A stretch of 64,000 nucleotides of DNA, from positions 372,001 to 436,000 of the forward strand of contig JAXLNO010000073.1 of NCBI GenBank assembly GCA_038087875.1. The letters are read 5' to 3'. Source of the DNA: Malacoraja senta. Lineage: Eukaryota. The notes beneath the pieces are model-generated. The model saw only the letters and a list, made by a program, of their open reading frames with translations. It had not been told where the DNA came from and ran no database searches. Shown one piece after another: positions 54,231 to 64,000 of this stretch (the stretch's first letter is position 1; the number at the start of each line of letters is the position of its first letter). The translations under genes and the position numbers were made by a program.

Positions 54231-54258
54231 GACGTTTCGGGTCGAGACCCTTCTTCAG
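54231..54258 (-). ncRNA. Minimal hammerhead ribozyme motif in Penelope-like terminal repeat
   Basis: CUGAAGA-A-GGGU-CUCG-ACCC-GAAA-C-GUC: catalytic core boxes, helix II and a GUC triplet. Helix III is reduced to palindromic ACGU. Activity unknown. Confidence 0.6.
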
Positions 54259-54389
54259 TTCTCTGACTTCAAGTAACACTTGCATCCCCCACTCTCCGAC
54301 CACCCCCCCCCCCCCATCCAAGTCGTTGTACTAGTTTCAAAGTCGTCTTGTTGTGTCTCGTTGTCTGTAACTCGTTCTCACGCAGCCCA

Positions 54390-54608
54390 CTGTCCCACTT
54401 TCACGACCTAATTCACGACCTTTTTTATTCGTGGACATTTTTCACCATGCTAGAAAAACGCCCCGACCCACTTGATGCCACGAGCACCTACGTCTAGCAT
54501 CAGGGTCTGCTACGACCTCCTACGACCTCGTGACGTCCATGCTGCGAGTATGAATCAATGGCAAACTCGGCAGAGGTCGCGAATTAGGTCGTAAAAGTGG
54601 GACAGGCC
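54390..54608. mobile_element. Harbinger-type MITE, second subfamily (left end clipped)
   Basis: Inverted repeats CTGTCCCACTTTCACGACCTAATTCACGACCT / AGGTCGCGAATTAGGTCGTAAAAGTGGGACAG. Terminal motif shared with 40016-40440. Confidence 0.75.
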
Positions 54609-55088
54609 GGGTTGCTCTTATTGCAGATCTTTCATTCATTTGTTCTATTTCTCTATAAATCACCATTTCTCTCTATATTACCATTTTTTTCTCTCGTTTT
54701 CCCTTTCCCCTGACTCTCAGTCCCAAGAAGGGTCTCGACCCGAAACGTCACCTATTCCTGTTCTCCAGAGATGCTGCCTGACCCGCTGAGTTACTCCAGC
54801 TTTGCGTGTAAGCTGCTCAAGCGAAATATGAGGTGCTGTTCCTCCAATTTGTGCTGGGCCTCACTCTGACAATGGAGGTGGTCCAGGACAGAAAGGTCAA
54901 TGTGAAAATGGGATGGGGAGTTAAAGTGTTCAGTAACCGGGAGATCGGGTAGGTCAACTAAGCGATAGACGGTTCTACAACACAATCATTGGGCGTCACG
55001 GGTCCCTGTCACAGGCGGCTCTGTAATAACATTACACCGTCCGAGAATGAGCATCAACGGTGAATAATCTTACAATATCATGTCTTAC

Positions 55089-55158
55089 CTGGGATTCCGA
55101 CCGCAGCTAGAACCGGATAGAAAATTAAATATACCGGATTTGTTACCGGTTCATGCAT
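55089..55158 (-). CDS. GPR139/GPR142-like GPCR 2, exon 1
   Basis: ATG at 55158; MHEPVTNPVYLIFYPVLAAVGIP then G|GTAAGA phase-1 donor; joins in frame to 53716. Confidence 0.88.
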
Positions 55159-56024
55159 TTTTCCCGCGGAGTCGCCTTGAAAATTATCCCGTAGTTCCAA
55201 TGCAAAGTAGACGTGATATTCTTAATAAATACTTGAGAGAGATCCCTAGAGAATTGATTCGGTAAAACCAAAACAACTTAATTAATCCCACAGGAAGTTA
55301 GTTTAGTTTCGATTAGTTTGGTTCACTTTAGTTTACTATAGTTTAGTTTAGGTTAATTTAATTTAATTTAATTTAATTTGATTTTATTTAGTTTAGTTCA
55401 GTTTAGGTCACAATGTCATAAGTGACAGGAGCAGAATTAGGCCATTAGGCCATTCGGCCCTTCAAGTCTACTCCGCCATTGGCTGGTCTAACTCTCCCTC
55501 CTAACCCCATGCTCGCGCCTTCTCCCCATAACCTTTGACACACGCAATAATAATCTATCTATCTCTGGCTTAAAAATATCCATTGACTTGGCCTCAACAA
55601 GTTTAGTTTGGTTTAGTTAGGTTTCGCTTAATTTAGTTTAATTACATTTAATTTAATTTCATTTAATGTAATTTACACGAGCAGAATCCCACACACTATG
55701 GACGATTAACGATGATTACCTGAGCCAATTAACCTACAAACATGTACGTCTTTGGGGTGTGCGACAAACCCGGAGCTTCCACAAGAAACCCACGACATCA
55801 CAGGGAGAACGTGCAAACTCCGAACAGACAGCACCCGCGAACCGAGACCTCTGGCGCTACGAGGCAGCAACTCTACCGCTGTGCCGTCGTGCCGCCCGGA
55901 TTGGTGGGGGTAAGAACTTGAGGAAGAGGGAGAGGAGGGCGGAGGGTGAAGGGGAGGAGATGGGAGAAGCAGGGGACAAAGAGCAGGTGTAGGGTGTAGG
56001 GAGGAGGATGAGGAGGAACATCTG

Positions 56025-56343
56025 AGTCGGCGATAGAACTGCAACCTTGCAACGCCAGAAACCCGGGTTCCATCCCGACTACAGGTGCTGTCTGTACGGA
56101 GTTTGCACGTTCTCCCCGTGACCTGCGTGGGTTTTGTCCGAGAGCTTCGGTTTCCTCCCACACTCCAAAGACGCGCAGGTTTGTAGGTTAATTGGCTTGG
56201 TGTAAATGTTTTAAGAACAGGTCCCTCGTGTGTGTGGGGTAGTGTTAACTTGCGGGGACCGCTGGCCGGTGCGGACGCCATGGACCACAAGGGCCGTTTC
56301 CGCGCTGTATCTCTAAAAACTATTAAAACTAAATACAACTAAA
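56025..56343 (+). mobile_element. HE1-like V-SINE
   Basis: Head, core and tail; flanked by minus-strand copies at about 55725-55895 and 56685-56945. Confidence 0.8.
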
Positions 56344-57344
56344 TCCTCGGGGATTTTGAAAGCGCGGATGGAAGTAAATCTCCACCTGGTGGACGATGCC
56401 AGAATTGCAGCCATCGTTTTACCTAAAATAAGTCTCGAATTCTCCAAATTACGATTGAGAATATTCTCTCTCCCTCTCTCTCTCACCAGATCGTGTTTTT
56501 GAAACTCCCCTCTTTAAATGAAATGGAAATAGAGCTGTGTAGGAAGGAACTGCAGGTGCTGGTTTAAACCGAAGAAAGACACAAAATGCTGGAGTAACTC
56601 AGCGGGTCAGCCTGCATCTCTGGAGAGAAGGAATGAATGATGTTTCGGGTCGAGACCCTTCTTTTTGTAGGAGATAGATCGGTATTCAGTTTTAGTTCTT
56701 TTAGTCTTAGAGATACAGCGCGGAAACAGGCCGTTCGGCCCACAGAGACCGCTGCGGCCAAGGATCCCCGCACGCTAACACTACCCTACACACACTAGGG
56801 ACATGTTTTACATTTACACCAAGCCAATTAACCTACAAACCTATACGTCTTTGGATTGTGGGAGGAAACCGAAGCACCCGGAGAAAACTCACGCAGGTCA
56901 CGGGTAGAATGTACAAACTCCGTACAGACAGCACCCGTGGTCAGCGGGCTTCTTGAGGCAAACTGTAAAATTAGCATCGATTAAAATTGCTGCTGAAAGC
57001 GAACGTTGGGAGATAACTATGGAGGACAATCAATCTTGTGAATCATTGGAATCCTCCGCTGCAAAACTGCTGAACTATGATCATTGGATATGTAAGAAGG
57101 AACTGCAGATGCTGGTTTAAATATTCGGCACAAAATGCTGGAGTAACTCAGCTGGACATGTAGCCTCACTGGAGAGAAGGAATGGGTGGCGTTTCGGGTC
57201 AAGACCCTCATTTTGTGTCAATGATCATTGTGTTATGAATTGAACATCAACGACCGCTACAGATGATAAGGAGAGGGAAGGGTGTCAATGAGGAAAGAAG
57301 ACCTGGATAGAAACGTCACGCCAAAAGGAAGAATGTTTTATTTA

Positions 57345-57890
57345 TTTAGTTTAGTTTATTTTCACGTGTACCGAGATACAGTGAAAAGCTTTTTTGTTGC
57401 GTGCTAACCAGTCAGCGGAAAGACAACACATGATTACAGTCGAGCTGTCTACAGTGCACAGATACATGGTAAGGGAATAGCTCTCAGCGCAAGGTAAAGC
57501 CAGCAAAGTCCGATCAGGGATAGTCCGAGGGTCACCAAACAGGTAGATAGTAGTTCAGCACTGCTCTCTGGTTGTAGTAGGTTGGTTCAGTTGCCGAGAC
57601 AGCATGAGGTCTAAATGGAGTCAGTGGAAAGGAGGTAGACTCAAAATGCTGGCATAACTCAGTGGGACAGGCAGCATCTCAGGAGAAAAGGAATGGGTGA
57701 CCTTTCGGGTCGAACCCTTCTTCAGTTGAAGGGAGGTTGGTTTGTGCGATGGTCAGGGCTGCGTCCACAATTCGCTGACATTTCTTGCAGTCCTGGATGG
57801 AGCTGTGCCCTAACCATGCCGTAATGCAACCCTGACAAAATGTTTACCATGGCGCATTTGTAGAAGTTGGTAAGAGTTGTTGGGGAGATG
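57345..57890 (-). mobile_element. Rex1/Babar LINE 3' fragment (rearranged)
   Basis: Homologous to 11750-12155 and 45285-45745, with a nested PLE unit at about 57635-57725. Confidence 0.7.
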
Positions 57891-57919
57891 TGTCGGAAGG
57901 AACATGGGAGGGGAGCTTT

Positions 57920-58595
57920 AAAATGCAGAATAACTGTGAAAAAAGCAAATGGGCATGTTGGCCTTCATTGCGAGAGGATTTGAGTTTAGGAGCAAGGAGG
58001 TCCTACTGCAGTTGTACAGGGCCCTGGTGAGACCGCCACCTGAATTATTCTGTGCATTTTTGGTCAAATTTGAGGAAAGACATTCTTGTAATTAAGGGAG
58101 TGCAGCGTAGGTTCACCAGGTTACTCCCGGGATGGCGGGACTGACATATGATGAAAGAATGGATCGACAGGGCTTGTGTTCACTGGAATGTAGGATGAGA
58201 GGGGTTCATAGAAACGTGTACAGTTCTTAAGGCATTGGACAGGCAAGATGCAGGAAAAATGTTCCCCATGTTGGGGGAGTCTGAACCAGGGGTCACAGTT
58301 TAAGAATAAGGGGTTGGCCATTTAGGACTGAGATGAGGAAAAAAGTTTATCACTCAGAGAGTTGTGAATCTGTGGAATTCTCTGCCACAGAAGGCAGTGG
58401 AGGCCAATTCATTAGATGTTTTCAGTAGAGAGTTACATTTAGCTCTTACTGCTAACGAAATCAAGGGATATGGTGACAAAGCATGAACGGGGAACTGATT
58501 CTGGATGATCAGCTATGAACATATTGAATTGCAGTGCTGGCTCGAAGGGCCGAATGTCCTACTCCGTCACATATATTCTACGTTTCTATGTTCCT
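57920..58595 (+). mobile_element. CR1 3' fragment
   Basis: LAFIARGFEFRSKEVLLQLYRALVRP, GVQRRFTRL motifs and tail. Confidence 0.85.
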
Positions 58596-59649
58596 ATAAA
58601 GTGGGGCATTCGGCATGGGAGCTGAGCGTATGGGGGAGAGTCCGTCATGGTGACTGGGCCAGTAGAAGATGGTGGAACAAATGTGGTCACATCGCGGTGG
58701 GGGTCAGTGAAAAGAGACAGATCTCTCTCTCCAGTGTCTTCTCAAAATTCCAGTATGACAAGTTCACTGATTCACAAGTTATAGGAGTAGAATTATGCTA
58801 TTCGTCCCATCTAGTCCACTCCGCCATTCAATTATGGCTGATCTCTGCCTCCGAATCCCATACTTCTGCCTTTTCCCATAACCCTTGACACGCGTACTAA
58901 TCAAGAATCTATCTATCTCTGCCTTAAAAATATGCATTGACTTGGCGTCCACAGCCCCCTGTGGGAATTGGTTCCACAGATTAACTACCCTACGACCTCC
59001 TCACCACCTTTCTAAAATAGCACCGCTAGCTCGACCAGGACCAGTCCAGGACCAGAGGTCACAGCCTCGGAATTAAAGGATGTTCCTTTAGGAAGGAGAT
59101 GAGGAGAAATTTCTTTAGTCAGAGGGGGTTATGGGGAAGGCAACATAATTTGGTTAGGAGGGAGAGATAGATCAGCCATGATTAAATGGTGAAGTAGACT
59201 TGATGGGCCGAATTGCCTAATTCTGCTCCTAGAACTAATGGACATGATCTTCTCCGCTGTGAATCGCAACACCATCGTGATCACAATGTGATAAGTGATA
59301 GGAGTAGCTTGAGGCCATAAGGCCCATCAAGTCTACTCTGTCATTCAATCATGCCTGATCTTCCTCTCCCTCCTAACCCGATTCTCCTGCCTTTTCCTCA
59401 TAACCCCTGACACCCGCACTAATCAAAAATCTATCCATTTCTGCCTTAACATTATCCACTGGATTGGCCTCCACAGCCGTCTGTGGCAACGAATGCCACA
59501 GATTCACACCCGCACACTAAAGGAAATGCCTCCTCATCTCCTTCCTAAAAGAACGCTCTTTAATTCTGAGGCTGTGACCTCTGGACCTAGACTCCCCATG
59601 GTGGAAACATCCACTCCACATCCACTCCACATCCACTCTATCCAGGCCT

Positions 59650-60270
59650 TTCGCTGTCTATTGCCGAGGGAGCTGCGGTCTCGCCGGCTGCCTGGTGTCC
59701 ATGGCCTGGGCTGGCCTGCGGGTCAGCATCCTCTCCGTGGTCATCAACCACCTGGGCTCGCTCTTCTTCCCCGGCCTCCTCCCTCCTGCATTACGGCTTC
59801 CGCGCCCTCAATAGCATCGCCTTGGACACCTCGGTGTGGCTTTTACCTCCGACCTCTTCGTCGCGTTCTGCTGCCCGCGGTTCAAGCCATGCTACTGCAC
59901 GGCGAAAGAAACATGGACACGGGTGGTCAGCACCTTGGTCAGCTACCTGCAAAATATCCTGCGCTACTTCACCTAGCCCCGGCACGTTCCCGGCCGGTCA
60001 CTATGTTCGAAGTCACTTTGGGCCCGTGTACAGTACATGTGGCCGGCAACGGTGCTCACCCCACGCATCTGCTTCGTGGGTATTCTGCTGCTCAACGCCC
60101 TGACCGTCCACCGCATCTTGGTGGCAAGTGCTTCCGCGGTACCGGTGGTCAATAGGTGGGCCCCTAGATGGAGAACAGGAGGAGGTCCATCGTTCTTCTA
60201 TTCGGCATCTCTGGCAGCTTCGTGGTCCTGTGGAACATCGCATGTGGCGGTCTTCGTGATAGAGGTGACG
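59650..60270 (+). pseudogene. Highly degraded GPR139/GPR142-like GPCR pseudogene 3 (exon 2 remnant)
   Basis: Ordered fragments across frames: GSCGLAGCLVSMAWAGLRVSILSVVINHLGSLFFP, ALDTSVWL, FTSDLFVAFCCPRFKPCYCTAK, VLTPRICFVGILLLNALTVHRILVAS, MENRRRSIVLLFGISGSFVVLW. Each matches the corresponding segment of GPCR1/2. Confidence 0.8.
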
Positions 60271-60329
60271 CTGATGGACCATGTCCACCATGGCCACGGA
60301 CACCTAGGCTGGGACGATGCTGATGCCTC

Positions 60330-62770
60330 AGAGTCATAGAGTGATACAGCGAGGAAACGATCCCTTCGGCCCAACTTGCCCATACCGCCCAACATGTCCC
60401 AGCTACACCGGTCCCACCTGCCATCATTTGGTCCATTTCCTCTAAACTTGTCTTACCCATGTACCTGTCTAAATGCTTATTAAATGTTGGGATAGTCCCT
60501 GCCTCAACTACCTCCTCTGGCATCTTGTTCCCTACACCCACCACCCTCTGTGTGAAAAAGTTACCCCTCATATTCATGTTAATTCTTTTCCCTTTCACCT
60601 TAAACCTATGTCCTCTTATCCTCGATTTCCTACTCTGGGCAAAGCGACTACGTGCATCTACCTGATGCATTTAACTATCCTCTCATGATCTAATGCACTT
60701 CTATAAGATCACCCCTCGTCCTCCTGCGCTCCAATGGATAGTCCCAGTCTATTCTGCCCATAGCTCAGACGCTCTATTCGTGGCAACATCCTTGTAAATC
60801 TTCTTTGAACCCTTTCCAGCTTGACAACATCTTTCCTATAACGCGGTGCCCCGAACTGAACACAATATTCTAAATTTGGCCTCAACAACATCTTATACAA
60901 CATCTTCAACTGTAACATGACCTCCCAACTTCTACACTCAATACTTTGACTGAGGATGGACAATGTGCTAAACGCCGTTTGGACCGCCTTATCTACCTGT
61001 GACGACACCTTCAAGGAACTATCCACCTGCAGTCCCAGATCTCTCTGCTCTACAACACTACCCAGAGACCTACCATTTACTGTGTAGGTCCTGCCCTTGT
61101 TAGACTTCCAAACATGCAACACCTCACATTTTTCTGTATTAAATTCCATCAACCATTCCTCAGCCCACTTCTCAAATCAATCATGATCCTGCTGCAATTT
61201 TTCACAACCATCTTCACTATATGCAAAACCACCCACTTTTGTATCATCAGCAAACTTGATAATCTTGCCCTGTATGTTCTCATCCAAATCATTGATGTAG
61301 ATGACGGACAGAAACGGGCCCAGCACCGACCCCTGTGACACACCACCAGTCTCAGAACTCCTGTCTGAGAAGCAACCTTCCACCATCACCCTCTGCTTCC
61401 TTCCATTTGCTATCCATTCAGCTATCTTGTGTGGATCCCATGCGGTATTACCTTCCAGAGCAGCCCACCATGCAGAACAGTGTCGAATGCTTTGCTAGTC
61501 CATAGAACATTGGGGAACATCGCCGAGGAGTTTGACTGGACTTTGGTTCCCTCCCTCACAGTGGGGAACTTTGGTGCTGCTGTGGGGATGTTTGTGTGGT
61601 GGACTACTGTGTTCTGTGTTTTGTGGGGTTTTTTGTTTTGTTTTTTTGTATGACTGTAAGGGAAAAAGAATTTCGTTGTCTCTTCATTGAAGACAATGAC
61701 AATAAATTAAATCAAATCAAATCAAAATCAAAATATATACAACATCTACACCTCTGCCTATGTCGATCTTTTTGGTCACATATTCAAAAACAATCAGATT
61801 TGTGAGAGATGAACTCCCACGTAGAAAACCATGCTGACTATCCGTAATCAGCCCTTATCCATCTAAATGCATGTATATCCTATCCCTCTAATAACTTTCC
61901 AACAACAGATGTTAAGTTCACCGGCCTATAGTTCCATGCATTTTCCTGCAGCCCTTCTTGAAAAGAAGCACAACACTTGCCACTCTCCAGCCTCCCGGCA
62001 CCTCTCCTGTATTTAAAAACGACCTGTAAATTTCAACCAGGGCTCCCGCAGTTTCCTCTCTGGTTTCCCATAATGTCTCGGATATATCTGATCAGGCCCT
62101 GGAGATTTCACTACCTTCATACACGATAGTACCTTCGGCACCTATTGAAGGGGTTCGAACTACTTTCAAGACACTTCCATTGACTGCCCCAAGTTCCTCC
62201 ATACTCCCGTCTTTCTCATCGGTAAATACAGAGGAGAAATACTCATTGAGGATCTTGCCCATCACATGAGGCTCCACACGGAGGTGACCGCTTTGATTTA
62301 CGAGCGGCCCCACTCTCTCTCTAGATACTCTTTTCCCCTTTATGTATTTATGAAATCTCAGGATTGTTTTCAAAGTTATCTGCCAGAGCTATCACCTGCC
62401 CATTTTGGTCCTTCTGATTTCCTTTTTTAGTTTACTCCTTAGTTCCAGAGACTCCTCCAAGGATGCACTTGATCCCAGCTGCCTATATCTGTCCCATGCA
62501 ACTTCTTATTCTTGACCAATGCCTCAATTTTCCTCCTCAGCCAAGCTTCCTTACGTTTGCCTGCCTTGCCTTTCACTCTAACGGGGACGTGCATATCCTG
62601 AACTTTCGTCAGCACACTTTTAAAAACATCCCACTTGGCTGATGTTCCTTTCCCCTCAACTGCTCGATCAACTTGAGCGAGATCTTCTCTCATACCCTCA
62701 AAGTTGACCTTAGCCCAGTTGAGCACTTTAACACGTGGGCCCTCTCTGTCCCTATCCATAACTGTATTAG
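60330..62770 (-). mobile_element. 5'-truncated CR1 LINE ORF2 (second subfamily)
   Basis: GVSQGSVLGPFLSVIYINDLD, KFADDTKVG, LERVQRRFTRML motifs. Interrupted at about 61505-61733. Confidence 0.92.
61505..61733 (+). mobile_element. 3' module of the GC-rich Rex1-tailed retroposon family (copy E)
   Basis: CCCTCCCTCACAG...CTGTGGGGATGTT, TATGACTGTA, AATTTCGTT-hairpin-TGACAATAAA and (AAATC)n tail, interrupting CR1 sequence. Confidence 0.7.
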
Positions 62771-63129
62771 TGGGATCATGATAGAAGCCTCCTCGTGGCA
62801 ATCCCCGGAAACGACGTCACGATGCACTCTGTCAACATGTTGGACAACGACAGAAGCCAACAGTGACCTATACGTCGTCTGATACACGAGCCAAATATAT
62901 TACTTCCGCGTCTCTATTATGACTGAATAACCAAGCCATACCCCTCATATTTTTGTATACATCTATCAGATCCCTCCTCAACCTCCGACGCTCAAGGGAA
63001 AACCGTCCAAGTTAGTCTAACCTCTCCTTACAACTCATACCATCTAATGGAGAACAGTTTAACTTTCAGAAGGAACCATTCGGAACCATTTGGAAAAGAT
63101 CACTTTAGTGAACAATTAACCATAGAGTC

Positions 63130-63980
63130 TCGGAGTCACAGAGTGATACAGCATGGGAACAGGCCCTTCGGCCCAACTTGCCCGCACCGGCCAACATGCC
63201 CCGCCTACACTAGTCCCACCTGCCTGCGCTTGGTCCATATCCCTCCAAACCTGTCCTATCCATGTACCTGTCTAACTATTTATTCAACTTTGGGATAGAC
63301 CCAGCATCAACTATCTCCTCCGACAGCTTGTTCCATACACCCACCACCCTTTGAGTGAAAAAGTGACCCCTCAGAATGTTGATAAATCTTTTCCCCTTCA
63401 CCTTAAACCGATGTCCTCTGGTCCTCGGTTCACCTAGTCTAGGCGAGAGACTCTGTGCGTCTAGCCGATCTATTATTCTCATGATTTTATAGACAAATTT
63501 TACACTTGAATTTAATCCAGTTTAGTTTGGTTTAGTTTCGTTTAGTTTAGAGATAAGTTGCGGAAACAGGCCCTTGGACCCTGAGAGGTCGTGTTAGGTC
63601 ACAAAACGACCCAGATAAAACTGGGAAAGTGGGCAAGCGAATGGCGATTAGGATTTAACTCAGGCTCGTGTGAAGTGATGCTCTTTGGGAAGTTCACACA
63701 GGCTGGACCACATGGAATGGCAGCCCCTTGTGGCGTGTTATTGAACAACGAAACATCACATAGAAATATAGACACATAGAAAGTAGGTGGAGTTGGAGGC
63801 CCTTCGACCCTTCGAACCAGCACCGCCATTCAATGTGATCATGGATGATCATCCAGAATCAGTGCCCCGTTCCTGCTTTTTCCGCATATCCCTTGATGTC
63901 ATTAGCCCTCTGAGCTATATCTAACTCTCTCTCGAAAACATCCAGTGAATTGGCCTCCACTGCCTTCTGTGGCAGAGAGC
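63130..63980. mobile_element. Cluster of short CR1 fragments on both strands
   Basis: 63130-63490 (-), 63600-63750 (+) and 63760-63980 (-) each match CR1 ORF2 or 3' UTR text seen elsewhere in the window. Confidence 0.8.
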
Positions 63981-64000
63981 CGTGTTACCCTTTTAAACGT

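Noticed and set aside
55290..55298. ETS-like ACAGGAAGT about 135 bp upstream of the GPCR2 start codon
   Set aside because: Single short motif, not seen upstream of GPCR1; not distinguishable from chance.

Overview
Repeat-dense vertebrate genomic DNA, very probably from a cartilaginous fish (skate/ray-like). The inference rests on HE1-type V-SINEs sharing 3' tails with HER1/CR1-type LINEs. Most of the window is CR1 LINE fragments, tRNA-derived SINEs, Penelope-like (GIY-YIG) fragments, Rex1 and RTE remnants and microsatellites. Host genes I can support: (1) three members of a two-exon GPR139/GPR142-like class A GPCR family: a frameshifted pseudogene at 10483-14752 (+), an apparently intact copy at 55158-53438 (-) that runs into a 200-N gap, and a heavily decayed remnant at about 59650-60270 (+); (2) a spliced CD2/SLAM/CEACAM/HEPACAM-type Ig-superfamily membrane protein (V, C2, TM and short tail exons, 34007-40015, +), for which I could not find a leader exon. 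Structure not shown by the ORF track: two non-autonomous Helitrons, one apparently inserted into a sibling's 5' end; a Harbinger-type MITE whose TAA target duplication is the Ig gene's stop codon or splice donor; many minimal hammerhead-ribozyme motifs in Penelope-derived repeats; a GC-rich non-coding retroposon family with Rex1-like tails and variable cores; and a ~4.5-kb segmental duplication. I see no evidence of a wholly new multi-gene system. All calls come from reading the sequence without database searches, and repeat boundaries are approximate.
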